Part shown: positions 50,803 to 63,853 of the stretch, piece after piece
Layout of the letters: every line of letters starts with the position of its first letter
Position numbering within the stretch: the first letter of the stretch is position 1
NCBI RefSeq assembly: GCF_006345805.1
Contig: NC_043017.1
Coordinates: 7,316,001 to 7,380,000 of the forward strand
Direction: 5' to 3'
Length of the DNA: 64,000 nt
Source of the DNA: Octopus sinensis
Taxonomy: Eukaryota
The notes under the pieces: model-generated
Told to the model about the DNA's origin: nothing
Seen by the model: the letters and a program-made list of their open reading frames with translations, nothing else
Databases searched by the model: none
Translations under genes and position numbers: made by a program

Positions 50803-51059
50803 TACAAGGCAGGGTAGGCCCCTGCTGGTCACTGCTTTCATGTACTGAACACCCTATGAGATGTTATATTTTGGAAATTAATAAAGGATGAAACACACAG
50901 CATGGAATTGAAGATCCACCAAGATTAATGGCAGGCAGAGATATTCCTGGTGTTGTATTGTGAAATGCATTTGGTCCTGGATGCTGAAGGGGGAAAAAGA
51001 AACAACAATATATCAATGGCGCCTCTTTGATATTGTTTTCCTTTATTCTCCTCACTCTC

Positions 51060-51183
51060 ACTTTGCTCTCACTTATCTTCTCAGTCTCTCTCTCTCTCTC
51101 TCTTAAACAATTCCTTCCCCCTCTCTCTCTCCTCTTGCGTATTCATTCTGTCTGTCTGTCTGTCTCTCTTTCTCTCTTTTTCT

Positions 51184-51222
<39 letters not shown>

Positions 51223-51560
51223 ATCTCTGCTCTTTGTTCCAATCTATTCTAGCTCTCATCCTCATTTCTACCCCCCTCTCTCTGTTTCCCTCTCTTTACA
51301 TCACACACACATATGCACACACACAATTAACCTAACTTTCGCTTTCACTAACACTTCTGCTCTTCCCTCCCCCTCTCCTACACTTAGGCACACATTCACT
51401 CTTTCTCTCTGTACCTCTCCTTTCCCTAATCCCCCCACCACCACATATCTAGTCTACCATCAACAGTTCCTATCCCTCTCCCTTATCCTTAATGTTATTC
51501 TCACAATTTGCTTGGAAAATACTATCTCTTAACCCCTCCTTCACCAAACTCATTATAGGG
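51060..51560. repeat. Pyrimidine-rich (CT)n field
   Basis: Low-complexity sequence. Confidence 0.8.
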
Positions 51561-52202
51561 ATCGGCTCCTTAGCATTATATTATCTTCATCATCTACGGT
51601 GTCATTGTCATCAGCATCATCATCATCATCAACATCGTCCACAGCAGCAATGGTGGGGACCATCACCACCATGGCTGTTATTTCTAATTGGTAAATTTTC
51701 AATATGGTCGTTCCCCGCCCCATTTCCTTCCCCTCTTTTAACATCATACTGATCACTACACACGCTCACATACATACATACAGGTGCACACACACACATG
51801 CACTCTCACGCAAATTCACATGCACACACACACATGCATGCACACTCATACATATGCATGCATTCACACACATACACATTTAAAATTGCAGGTTGGGCTT
51901 CCACACAGTTTCCATCTACCCAGTGTCACTCACATGACTTGACTTGACCTGCCACCATGGTAAGAGACATTGGCTCTAAATGCCATGCATTGGGCTTGAA
52001 CCCAAAGCCTCATGATTCCTGAGAACGGTCTGCTTTGGTATGGTTTCTACAGCCAGATGCCAACAGCTCTACACTGTGGGTGGTGTTTTTCTTTGTCATT
52101 GGTGTCAGTGCCATGCAAAAAGGCACCCAGCACACTCTGTACAGTGACTGACATCAGGAAGGGCATCCAGCCATAGAAAATCATGCCAAAACAGACAGAA
52201 GA

Positions 52203-52877
52203 TACAGTTCTATATTTAAGAGATGAGGAATTATTTACATTACTTAAATTTGACGGATATTTGTCCTCATCTTGTTTCTTGTTAACACAACGTTTCGGCT
52301 GATATACACGCCAGCCTTCATTAGGTGCCTTTACTCTTTTACTCTTTTACTTGTTTCAGTCATTTGACTGCGGCTATGCTGGAGCACCGCCTTTAATCGA
52401 GCAAGTCGACCCCGGGACTTATTCTTTGTAAGCCCAGTACTTATTCTATCGGTCTCTTTTGCCGAACCGCTAAGTGACGGAGATGTAAACACACCAGCAT
52501 CGGTTGTGAAGCAATGCTAGGGGGACAAACACAGACACACAAACACACACACGCATATATATATATACATATATACGACAGGTTTCTTTCAGTTTCCGTC
52601 TACCAAATCCACTCACAAAGCTTTGGTCGACCCGAGGCTATAGTAGAAGACACTTGCCCGAGGTGCTACGCAGTGGGACTGAACCTGGAACCATGTGGTT
52701 GGTAAACAAGCTACTTACCACACAGCCACTCCTGCGCCTTGGAGAAATTTCAAACCTGGGTTCTCATTCCTAAGGTATTTTTCGATGTTATTATTATTGT
52801 TATTATTCAGGTCACTGCCTGGAATCAAACTCAGAATCTTGGGGTTAGTAGCCCATGCTCTTAACCACTACACCATG
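52203..52877 (-). mobile_element. tRNA-headed SINE with an internal hammerhead motif, split by a SINE A insertion (52332-52735, TSD GCCTT)
   Basis: A-box TGGTGTAGTGG (52865-52875), decayed B-box GAGTTTGATTCC, (AAT)n, body, HHR, and 3' hairpin AGATGAGGA/TCCTCATCT. Confidence 0.7.
52284..52329 (-). ncRNA. Type I hammerhead motif with G5A substitution (probably inactive copy)
   Basis: GGCAC-CUAAUGA-A-GGCUGG-CGUGUAUA-UCAGCC-GAAA-CG-UU-GUGUU. Confidence 0.7.
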
Positions 52878-53269
52878 ATATTCATATCACACACACACAC
52901 ACACACACACGTACCTGTGTATATACATACATGTACACACACACACACGTTCACTTACCTCCATACCACACACACACATATATACACTCTCTCCCAGCTA
53001 CACACCCCACACTCACATTCCACATGCTTAACAAGGAACTCCTTGAAGCCCTTCTTTATGCTAAGTTCCTCTGCTGGAAATATTAGGGTGTGTGTGTGGA
53101 GGAGGTGTCCTTGTTTCTTTTATTTTTTTATCTTTTCTCTTTTAGATTTCAACTTGATTTGTTAGATTTCTATTAATTTCACTCCATAATTTTTCATTTC
53201 CAACAACACCATCACTAATCTCACTGTTAGACTTACCAGTTTTACTGCCACTAGCCCCATTTCTACCAT

Positions 53270-53750
53270 ATCACCACTACCATCACCACTACTATCTCAC
53301 CATCACCACTGCCACTACCATCACCACCACCAACATCACTACCACTACTACCACCACCATTCACCCTCACCACTACCACCATCAGTATCACTACTACCAT
53401 CTCATCACCACCACTACCATCATCCTCACCACCACCAACATCACCATTACTGTTATCCTCACCACCACCACCACTACCATCATCCTCATCACTACCATCA
53501 TCACCACCACCACCACCATTCATCCTCACCACTACCACCATCAGCATTACCATCTCATCACCACCACTACCATCATCCTCACCACCACTAGCATCACCAC
53601 TACCATCTCATCATCACCATTACCATCATCCTCGCCACCACCACCATCAGCATCACCACTACCATCTCATCACCTCCACTACCATCATCCTCACCACCAC
53701 CACCATCACCACTACCATCATCACCATCACTACCATTATCACATTCATAA
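53270..53750. repeat. (CCA/CAT/CTA) field with higher-order unit accactaccatc(atcc/tcat)
   Basis: Recurring blocks. Confidence 0.8.
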
Positions 53751-54111
53751 TCACAAAAATGGACTGAAAACTTTGGCGTCTGATTGCTAGAGGAAGGAAG
53801 GGAGGGAGGGAGGGAGGTTGATATAGAATTTGATGGATGAAGGACTAATATTAAAGATAGTCTCTATCAGACTCTTTTGCCAAACTGCTAAGTTACAATG
53901 ATGTAAACAAGCCAAAACCTGTTGTCCAGCAGTGGATGTCCGTGTCGGAGGGGCAGAGTAAACACAAAGACACACAAACGAATGCACACACACACATATA
54001 TATGACAAGCTTCCACACAGTTTCCATCTACAAAATTCACTCGCAAGGCAATGGTTGGACTGGGGCTGTAATAGGAGATGCTCGCCCAAGGACTGGTTGT
54101 AGAAGTCTTCT

Positions 54112-54341
54112 TCTTTTACTTGTTTCAGTCATCTGACTGAGGCCATGCTGGAGCACCACCTTTAGTCGAACAAATTGACCCTAGAACTTAGTCTTTGTAA
54201 GCCTAGTACTTATTCTATCAGTCTATTTTTGCCGAACCACTAAGTGACGGGGATGTGAACACACCAACATCGGTTGTCAAGCGATGGTGGGGGGATAAAC
54301 ACAGACGCAAATAACAAATGTGTGTATGTATGTGTATATAT

Positions 54342-54385
<44 letters not shown>

Positions 54386-54530
54386 CATATACAGACAACA
54401 GGCTTCTTTCAGTTTCTGTCTACCAAATCCACTCACAAGGCTTTGGTTGGCCTGAGACCATAGTGGAAGACACTTGCCCAAGGTGCCATGCAGTGGGACT
54501 GAACCTGCAACCATGTGCTTGGTAAGCCAG
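54112..54530 (-). mobile_element. SINE family A, preceded by a partial copy at 53860-54090
   Basis: Family motifs. Confidence 0.85.
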
Positions 54531-55169
54531 TTACTTCAGTATAATGATAATAAATGTGGTTATGACAATAAAAATATCACACTGGTGGTAGTAGTAGCAC
54601 CAGTAGCAGCAGTACTAGTGGTTGGTGTTATTCTGTGTTTAACAATAAGGTGCTTGAAGAGAACATTTTTTTAGTCTTTCAGTAATTTCAGTTATTCTGC
54701 TGTGGCCATGCTGGAGCACCCCACTGCTTTTCACATAATTAATAAAAAAACAAACAAAAGGAATAATAAATAATATGAACTTTGTATTGGGAAAATAAAC
54801 ATTGTTCACATTTGTGTGGAAAAACAAAATGTTCAGCAGTTTAAAAAATTTTTTTTTTTTTTAATTAGAATTGCTAATGTATTGACCTCTAACTTTTGAC
54901 CTCCTGCTATGGATGGGATAGTTCTTCACTGACCTTTAACCTCTGGATGGTGTTTCATCTTTCTTTGGTGATGTTTTTCTCTCAATGTAAGGCATAGACA
55001 CACACACACACATACATGCACACACACGTACAAGCTTGTACCTGCAAACAGATGTGTGTGCATACATACATAATTGCATTCAGAAATACATCCATATACA
55101 GGCATACATACACAAATGTCCTGTGTCCCTCTCTCAACCATTAGGTCCTTCCCTTGATGGCTTGCTGGT

Positions 55170-55395
55170 ACAGATATCACGTAAAAATGACTTGTGCCAG
55201 TGCCATGTAAAAGGACCCATGTTGGTGTCACATAAAAGGCACCCATGCCAGTGTCACATAAAGAAGCATGCAATACACTCTGTGAAGTGTCCTGAATTAG
55301 GAAGGGCATCCAACCACAGAGACCCTGTAGAAGCAGATAATTGGAACCTGGTTGCTGCTCCCTAATTGGCCAGTTCCAGTCAAACCGTCCAAAGT
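55170..55395 (+). mobile_element. Diverged family C element
   Basis: ttaggaagggcatccaacc... Confidence 0.6.
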
Positions 55396-55660
55396 ATACG
55401 GTGTTTGCAGTGTCTGTGGTGTGCTTGTAGTAGTGTAGTATATTGTGGTGTGCTGCAGTGTAGTTTGGTGTGGGGTATGCTGTGGTGCACTGCAGCGACT
55501 GTAGAGTGGTATTGTACAGCAGTGTCAAGTAGTGTGGTGTCGGTGTAATATCTAGTGCGGTGTGATACACACCAGCAGGTTTGCTAACCTATCATACAAT
55601 AATAGATCACTCAGGCCCTCATTGCAGAAATTAAATGCCTCTAGTTATGGCTATCTTGGT

Positions 55661-55715
<55 letters not shown>

Positions 55716-55884
55716 GTCAGTCCTGGCTCTTTATTTACCAGTCAGCACTTGCTAACTGTGTATTTACTAATAAACTACTGATAAAAAGAAAACCTCTTCC
55801 TGCTATAACAACAACAACAACAATATAGTAAGACTTTATTGCTGATACATCCTCTTTGCTTGGCCATTCAAACAGCTGTTGCAA

Positions 55885-56175
55885 TAATAATAATAATAAT
55901 AATAATGATGATGATGATAAGGATAATGGCAGTAGTAGTAGTAGTAACAATAACAAGGATATTGATGGTGGTGATGGTAGTAGTAGTAACAACAGCAAGG
56001 ATAATGGTGGTGGTAGTGGTGGTGGTAGTAGTAACAATAACAACAAGGATAGTGGTGGTGGTGGTGGTAGTGGTAGTAGTAGTAGTAGTAGTAACAATAA
56101 CAACAACAAGGATGGTGGTGGTGGTGGTGGTAGTAGTAATAGTAGTAGTAGTAGTAGTAGTAGTAGTATGGATAA
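55885..56175. repeat. Higher-order trinucleotide repeat anchored on AACAAGGAT
   Basis: (a)aggat anchor recurs about 5 times between (GGT)n/(AGT)n/(AAC)n runs. Confidence 0.8.
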
Positions 56176-56577
56176 TGATAGTAATAAAATTGATTTCTTT
56201 TAGTTTTTTTCTTCTTCTTCTAAGAATAAGATGATGAAGAAAGAGAGGAAGGAAGACGAAGATAAACAAAAACAAATTATTGCATTTCATTAAGTAATGA
56301 TTAGTTCGTTACCTCATTAGATAAGTATCTCTAGATTGAGTTACAGCTGATGGTGTTATTACCGTAGCATTATGGTGGTGTGATGGTGGTGGTGGCGGTG
56401 TTGATTGATGGAATGAAGGAGGTTGAAATGGTGATGATGGTGATGGTGATGGTTATCATTGTTGTTGTTTAACACCGGGTCAGCGCATCCTCCTATTGGG
56501 CAGCAGTTCCTATGATCTGCAGAATTCAGGCCAAGACACAAACTAAAGGTAGCAAGCTGGCAGAATCTTTCGGTGCG

Positions 56578-57012
56578 AAGGCGGCGAGCTGGCAGAAACG
56601 TTAGCATGCTAGACGAAATGCTTAGCGGCATTTCGGCTGCTATGTTCTGAGTTCAAATTCCGCTGAGGTCAACTTTGCCTTTCATCCTTTCGGGGTCGAT
56701 AAATTAAGTACCAGTTACGCACTGGGGTCGATGTTATCGACTTAATCCGTTTGTCTGTCCTTGTTTGTCCCCTCTATGTTTAGCCCCTTGTGGGTAATAA
56801 AGAAATAAGAATCTTTCGGTGCGTCAAACAAAGTGATACAAAATATTTGGCAGCGTTTCTTCTGACCCCTTAACGGTCTGAGATCAAATTCAGCCGAGAT
56901 TGACTTTGCCTTTCATCCTTTCAGGGTTGATAAAACAGGCACCAGTTGAACACTGGGGTTGATGTAATTGGTTTTCCCCCTCCTCTCAAAATTGTTGGCC
57001 TTGTATCAAAAT
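56578..57012 (+). mobile_element. Two tandem SINE family B copies (first has low divergence)
   Basis: Family motifs. Confidence 0.85.
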
Positions 57013-57274
57013 CAGAAAGAATTATCTTCTGACTACATCTAATGTGTCCTTCCTCCATTTTCAAGACAATAGCATGTAATATGAGAGAGGTTTGTTTGCT
57101 ATTTCTAACAGAGCGAGTGATCATGTAGAGGCATACAAACTCCCTTTCATGGTTCATGATTAAATGATAACATTTTGAGGATAACCTTTGTTGTGAAGTC
57201 CTGCGCCCTCTGCAGGTCTACTCCAATTGAGAGCAGACACTGTGAGGGAAACCTTTCAAGCCAGGAACTATCTC

Positions 57275-57291
57275 ATCTTTCTGTCTGTCTA

Positions 57292-57322
<31 letters not shown>

Positions 57323-57620
57323 TTGTATGTATGTCTCTCTGTATCTGTCTGCCTATTGTCTCTCTCTCTCTCTCTCTGTATGTCTCTGTGTATCTCTATG
57401 TCTGTCTGTCTCTCTTTCTCTTTATATGTATCTCTTATCTGTCTCTCTTCTCTCTCACTCTGTAAGTCTGTCTCTTTGTTTGTCTGTCTTTGTATGTCTA
57501 TCTCTGTATCTGTCTGTCTGTCTCTCAGTGTCTAATTGTTTCTGTATGTCTCTGAATCTGTCTGTCTGTCTCTCTTCTCTCTCTCTTTGTTTCTGTATGC
57601 CTCTCTCTCTCTCTCTCTCA
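57275..57620. repeat. (CT/TCTG) field
   Basis: Low-complexity sequence. Confidence 0.85.
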
Positions 57621-58639
57621 GGCACACCTACACACATAAAGACTTCTATTTGAGCAAAGGTGGAGGTCATTGATATAAACAAAGAACTCTTGGCTTCGTT
57701 TCACAATGAAGTTGCCCTATTAGTTAATACCAAACATTTCTTAATTAGACTAAAGGGTTTTTATTATGCACATATATTAACGACTTCAAATTAAAAATAA
57801 AAACGGTAAGTTTTTTATCATGGTAATTAAAATTTAAAATTGCTCTTTCCTTTTTCATTATTCATTGATTTATGTTTTGAGGGGAGGGGGAGAAGCAGGG
57901 CTCATTAACCTTTACACCGAACCACACCCCCTTTCAAAGTGGTCAGATTATCAGTGCCTAATTATGTCCAACTTATGGTCAGGTGGAAAAATGTAGGTCA
58001 TGGCTTTACTACTAACTACAACAACACTATTACTGCCGCTGCTACTACAACCACCACCAACAACAACAACACTACTACTACAAACACTACTATCAACAAC
58101 AATTCTACAACTAGTACCAACACTACTACTACCACCAACACTTCTACTACTACTAACACTTTACTACTACCACTACTAACAACAACAACACTATTACTGC
58201 TGCTTCTACTACAACTACCACCACCACCACCACCACCACCACTCATACTATTAAGATGAGTTAGTGAAGGAACTGCTGTAAGATAATTCAGCTTGCTAGA
58301 AATAGAAACCAAACCTCCTTCAGATCATACCCTACTATCTTGAAAATGGAGACCTACATACTCTGTTTATAAAAATATAGGATAGTCATGGGTAGAATTT
58401 CTTTGGATACAGCCCTGCTCGATCAGGGCCTACCTGGGGCTAAACAACAACTGCTGCTGCTGTTTATTTTGAGTTTAGCTTTTTAATATGTAAGAGAAAC
58501 AAACCACAGTAGGGTGATAGTTAATTTGTGTAATTAATACAGAATCTAATTAAGAATTAATTGAAAAATTATTTCCATTTTAATTTGTATCAAATTAATC
58601 TTGAGTTGAAGTGTAGTGGTAGTAGGGGTGTTCTTATGT

Positions 58640-58943
58640 ATACCCACTGCATGGCACCTTGGGCAATAGTCTTGTACTACAGCCTTGGGTCTACCGAAGC
58701 CTTGTGAGTGGATTTGGTTGAGGGAAACTGAAAGAAACCTGTTGTGTGTGTGTCTCCTCCCCCCACCATCACTTGACAACTGATGTTGGTGTGTGTACTA
58801 CGTCCCTGTAACTTAGCGGTTTGGCAAAAGAGACCAATAGAATAAGTACTAGGCTTACAGAGAATAAGTCTTGTAGTCAATTTGTTTGACTAAAGGCGGT
58901 GCTCCAGCAAGGCCACAGTCAAATGACTGAAACAAGTAAAAGA

Positions 58944-58975
<32 letters not shown>

Positions 58976-59152
58976 CACACGATAGGATTCTTTCAGTTTC
59001 CATCTACCGAATCCACAAATCCACTCACAAGGCTTTAATGAAACCAGGGTACTGTAGAAGATGCTTGCTGAAGGTGCCATGCAGTGGGACTGAACCGAGG
59101 CCCACGTGATTGGGAAGCAAGCGCTTCTCACCACACAGCCACACCTGCACCT
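58640..59152. mobile_element. Adjacent oppositely oriented SINE A copies (58640-58948 +, 58985-59152 -)
   Basis: Family motifs in both orientations. Confidence 0.8.
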
Positions 59153-59452
59153 ATTTGAAATGAAATTTTAAAGAAAACGCTTATTCTTATCTTCTGCTTA
59201 AAGACCTTTGTGAAGAATGTGCAAGAATGGCTTCTTCATGCTCACATGTTTTAATTTCTGACTCTCATCATAATATTATAAACATTCTTAAACTTTATGC
59301 AAGCAAAATCATGAAATTGGCATGTGACTATTTAATCTTTTAAAGTAATACTTGATGATGATGATGTGCAATATTTTAAATCCGAGTTTGTCCCCATTAA
59401 TGGGGATGGCCGAATCTACCTCACTCTTACAGTAACCTCTCTCATACCTATT

Positions 59453-59665
59453 TCTTTACTACCCACAAGGGGCTAAACATAGAGAGGACAGACGGATTAA
59501 GTCGATTACATCGACCCCAGTGCGTAACTGGTACTTATTTAATCGACCCCGAAAGGATGAAAGGCAAAGTCGACCTTGGCTGAATTTGAACTCAGAACGT
59601 AGCGGCAGACGAAATACGGCTACGCATTTCGCCCAGCGCGCTAACGTTTCTGCCAGCTCACGTCC
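59453..59665 (-). mobile_element. SINE family B (low divergence)
   Basis: Family motifs. Confidence 0.9.
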
Positions 59666-59989
59666 TCCCTCCTGAAGCCAACCCTCCCAATCTCCTCTGC
59701 CGCCTGTCCCCTCCATGTTTTCTTTGGTTGACCCCGCTTTTGCAGTTCATTCACTTTAAACTCAAGCACTCTGCTCACAACACGATCCTAATCCCTCCTC
59801 AACATGTCCATACCACTGCACTCAATTCACAATTGACAGCTGCTTCACCGATTCCTCCAACCCCTGCATCCCCCATCAGGTTCTCAGCCCTCCTTTTATC
59901 CAATAGTTTCACACTACACACACACACACACACACATAAGTGTGGTTGGCGTATATATATACACATAAGTGTGTGTATATATGCTCCAA

Positions 59990-60111
59990 CCATTACCCTT
60001 CTTTTCTCTACCTTTGCCCGCCCTCACCTTGAATACTGTTGTCTGCCAAGGTCTCCCTACACAAATCAGAATATTAAAAAGCTTGAAGCACCCCAGAGAT
60101 CAGTTACATGA
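59990..60111 (+). mobile_element. CR1/L2-type LINE fragment
   Basis: LLFSTFARPHLEYCCLPRSPYTNQNIKKLEAPQRSVT matches the RPHLEY...W.PY...I..LE.VQR motif. Confidence 0.75.
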
Positions 60112-61561
60112 GGGAGACATTTAGCTGCTATTGCTAGCAAGTTGAATGACCTTGTAGATGCTCCCTCATTGTCTAACCAGTTAATATTACAGGTAACACA
60201 GAAAGCTCCAATTACTTTAGTTCAGTGTGGTAAAAACTGACGCACCTATTGAATACATCAGCCTCATTCTCACAATTCTTCCAAACCAGTTTCATTAATT
60301 AAACTAACGAACAACTGTGGCCTTGTGCCTTCATTAGTAATCATTAATTATATGATTTTTCTATATTTATGAGTATTTTCCTTGTCTGTTATTTTTCCAT
60401 AAATAAAAATGATTACACTTGACCGTATCTAATTGTTGTTGTTGACACCATAGGCCAACCTTGAATGAACTGATCTGTGGTCAAAGGTTTTCCAGCCAGG
60501 ACCATCCCAACTGGACTTTTTGTATATCCTGTTTTTTATCTTTTATTTATTTTAGTCATTGGATTGTGGCCATGCTGTAGCATCACCTTGAAGTCTTTTG
60601 TTGAACAAATCGTCCCTTGTATTTACTTTTTTTTTTAAAGCTTGGCACTTATTCTTTCAATCTTCTCTGTCAGACTGCTGTTCTGGGAACATAAACAAAC
60701 CAACACTGGTTTGTGACATTTTGGGCAAGTGTCTTCTACTATAGCCCTGAGCTGAATTTGATGATGATGATGATGATACTTTCAAATGGGAACTTTCTGT
60801 CATAGGACTAGAGGTGGTCTCAGGTCATGTGGTATCAAAAGGGGTTAGAGGTCACCGAAATAGTCCCCTTTCACAAAGAGGGCAGTTAGTATTTCTCTGC
60901 CTGGTGTCTTCACAGAAAGAGAGTTTATGGTGAGCACATTTGAAAGAGCTGAGGACGGAACTTCATCTCTCGGACGAAGGCTTGTCAAAGTCTTCAAGTT
61001 TCATTGGATGATGATGGAAATGTTGCTCTCAGGAAAAATTTGTCAAAAGATGTGTCAGAGTGGAAAAGTTTGTATGTGTGAGAGTGGATACTTGAAGTCT
61101 GCCTCATGGTTTTGAGGTTGAGAGATGGGAAATTGTTTGGAGTCAGGTGATGGGGGGGGGGACTCTGTAAGTAGCAGTTCCCATCCTTTTGTGAATGCCT
61201 TTCTTTGTTTATAATTCATACAAGAAATTTTAATCTGTATTTTTTTTTCACAGTTCTGCATATTTTCTCATTCTCTGTTTGTTATTTGTGTGTGTGTGTG
61301 TATTTTGGGTACGTGTGACTTCATGATTGTGTTTTCCCTCAAGCGCTGAGTTTGATTTGTGTAACTGCAAAAAAAGCCTCTTCAAGGTGGTGTCCCAAGC
61401 ATAGCTGCAGTCCAGTGACTGACACAAGTAAAAGATGAAAGATGAAAAGATGTGATAGACCTTTGTGATAAATTGATGTTTCAGCTCACACACATCTCAC
61501 ATTTACTCACACTTCCTCTCTCTCTCCTTCCCCTCTGTCTGTCTGCCTCTGTCTCTCTCTC

Positions 61562-61616
<55 letters not shown>

Positions 61617-62254
61617 TACAGCTGTTTAGCATAAGAAAGTCATTCACTGTATTTATCATTCATATCATCCAACAGCTGTTTTTTTCCATTCTAAGCTGTG
61701 GGATGTAATAAAAAAAAATAAATAGATAATAAAAAAAAATAATAATAATAAAAAAAAACAAGAGGAAAAAATGCTGATGACATCTTAAGATGGACTTGAA
61801 AAGCTTCGAATCAGTTTCCTTTACTCTTGATTTTTAAAGTGAAGTGCTTTGCAACATATGTAGACATTCTCATGATAAAGATACACATAACAATGTCGTT
61901 GTCCTTGCATTGAAAGCCAGACACTGAATCATTACCGGTAGTACTTAGCAGACACACTGCGTTTTCAAAAAAACCTACCAAGAGAAATCCATATCTATAT
62001 ATATACTTGCAAGACATCTGAGTCGTTTGTAAATTTATGTGCTATTAAAATATATCTTCAAAGACATATTCCAGACAATATGTTGTTCAGTTTTAATTGT
62101 AAATCTTGTCTTTCAGCCTCTCTGTAAGAGGTTTTGCTTTGTTTAGTCTTGTCTTGTTTGGTTCGGTTTGGTTTGAATTTCTTTTGAAATGAATAATTGT
62201 GATTTTGCTACAGATCTAGCTCTGACTGGAGAAGCAGTGTCCATAGAATTTTAA

Positions 62255-62450
62255 CCTTTTAACATTCAGATTAACTTTGGAAAATGTGATGCTTATTTAT
62301 TCACATTGTTTCGAATTAACCATGTATTGTTGTAACTTTATACTTTCAATAATGTGATTGTTTATTTTTAGAATGACATTGCAGGAAAGGTGTGAAAGGC
62401 CTAATATGGCCAGGGAGAATATTTGGGACAGATATGGCCAGCATGGGAAA
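62255..62450 (+). mobile_element. piggyBac-like MITE, family 2 (3'-truncated)
   Basis: TTAA-cctttt aacattcagatt start; homologous to 25643 and 39678. Confidence 0.6.
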
Positions 62451-63446
62451 GTAGATGTTAAAACAATGATGATTTAGCTTCTCACATCAACTCTATGTCA
62501 CAGCATTATCGTAATATAGCTGATTGAATTGACCCCTTTCCCCAATGTATGTCTGGTATTTATGCTCTGGTCTCCCAACCACCAATAAAAAAAAAAGCAT
62601 GTCAAACATGGCAATGACCTCTCTTATACTAAAAAAAAACAAAAAAAAAATCTGAGGATTGACAGTAAATACCTTCAGTGTGTTTAATACAAGGAATTAT
62701 CATTTCCGCCTCATTGCTACCAGAAAAAATTAATATAAATATCAATTACTCTTGTCCAAGATTAAAGGATTAAACCCTCACATCAGATATTAAACTTAAC
62801 TTCCACAAGCCTTAAATTCTCAAAACTATATAATTAGTTTCTGAGAGTTGAGTTTCAAATTATGTTTAGGAATGCTCTGCAGGGGTGCAGGAACATTTGC
62901 AACATGAGTGAACACACAACTAAATATTTATATTTAGCATCTTATTAGATTAATAACTCCACGGATTGATTGAGTAAATGTAGAGTTAATTTGTGGGCTA
63001 AAGAGGGCAGATAAAGTGACCGCTTTATGAGGAAGGTTGTCAGTCAAATTCATTCCTGGCTGAATACCATTCTGGTGTGCTTTATTCATTGTAGAAAAAG
63101 AAGAAAAAGAGTAGAAAAGAAAGAAAAAAAAAACATACAGGCACACTCTCTCACACACACACACAATACTGTAGACCAGAGGTTCTTAACAAGGGTAGTA
63201 CTGCTCCCAAGAGGGCCCTGAGCATGTCAAAGGGTACATTAGGGTTTAGTGGGCGGTGAGGGAACAATTTACTAAAGTGTACCTATAGTATATTATACAT
63301 GATAAAACTAGTAATGGTTATTAAAATAAAAGGGGATCTCATCAGACATAGGGAAATCATTGACCTGCAGTGTATAAAATAAATTTACAACTTTTGTCTT
63401 TATCAATTTTTTTTACCATTTCACTGTTAAAAGCTTATTCGATCCA

Positions 63447-63853
63447 TTTTTACTCTTTTACTCTTTTACTTGTTTCAGTCATTTGACTGTGGCCATGCTG
63501 GAGTACCACCTTTATTCAAGCAAATCGATCACAGCACTCATTCTTTGTAAGCCTAGTACTTATTCTATCGGACCCTTTTGCCGAACCGCTAAGTTACGGG
63601 GACGTAAACACACCAGCATTGGTTGTCAAGCGATGTTGGGGGGACAAATACAGACACAAACATATACACACACATACATACATAATATATATATATATAT
63701 ATATGGCGGGCTTCTTTCAGTTTCCGTCTACCAAATCCACTCACAAGGCTTTGGTTGGCCCGAGGCTATAGAAGATACATGACCAAGATACCACGCAGTG
63801 GGACTGAACCTGGAACCATGTGGTTGGAAAGCTAGCTACTTACCACACAGCCT
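63447..63853 (-). mobile_element. SINE family A, full length
   Basis: Family motifs. Confidence 0.9.

Noticed and set aside
61765-61815. CTGATGA-CATCTTAAGATG-GACTT-GAAAAGCTTC hammerhead look-alike
   Set aside because: Five extra nucleotides before GAAA and no stem I; flanks pair with the core itself
61811-62017. 68-aa minus ORF with an acceptor at about 61977
   Set aside because: No recognisable homology or supporting neighbouring exon
232-63782. Remaining ORF-track entries rich in YI/HT/CV/SL, poly-T, poly-D or poly-G, or ending in EDTCPRCHAVGLNPEPCGW
   Set aside because: Translations of microsatellites and of SINE A/B/C bodies
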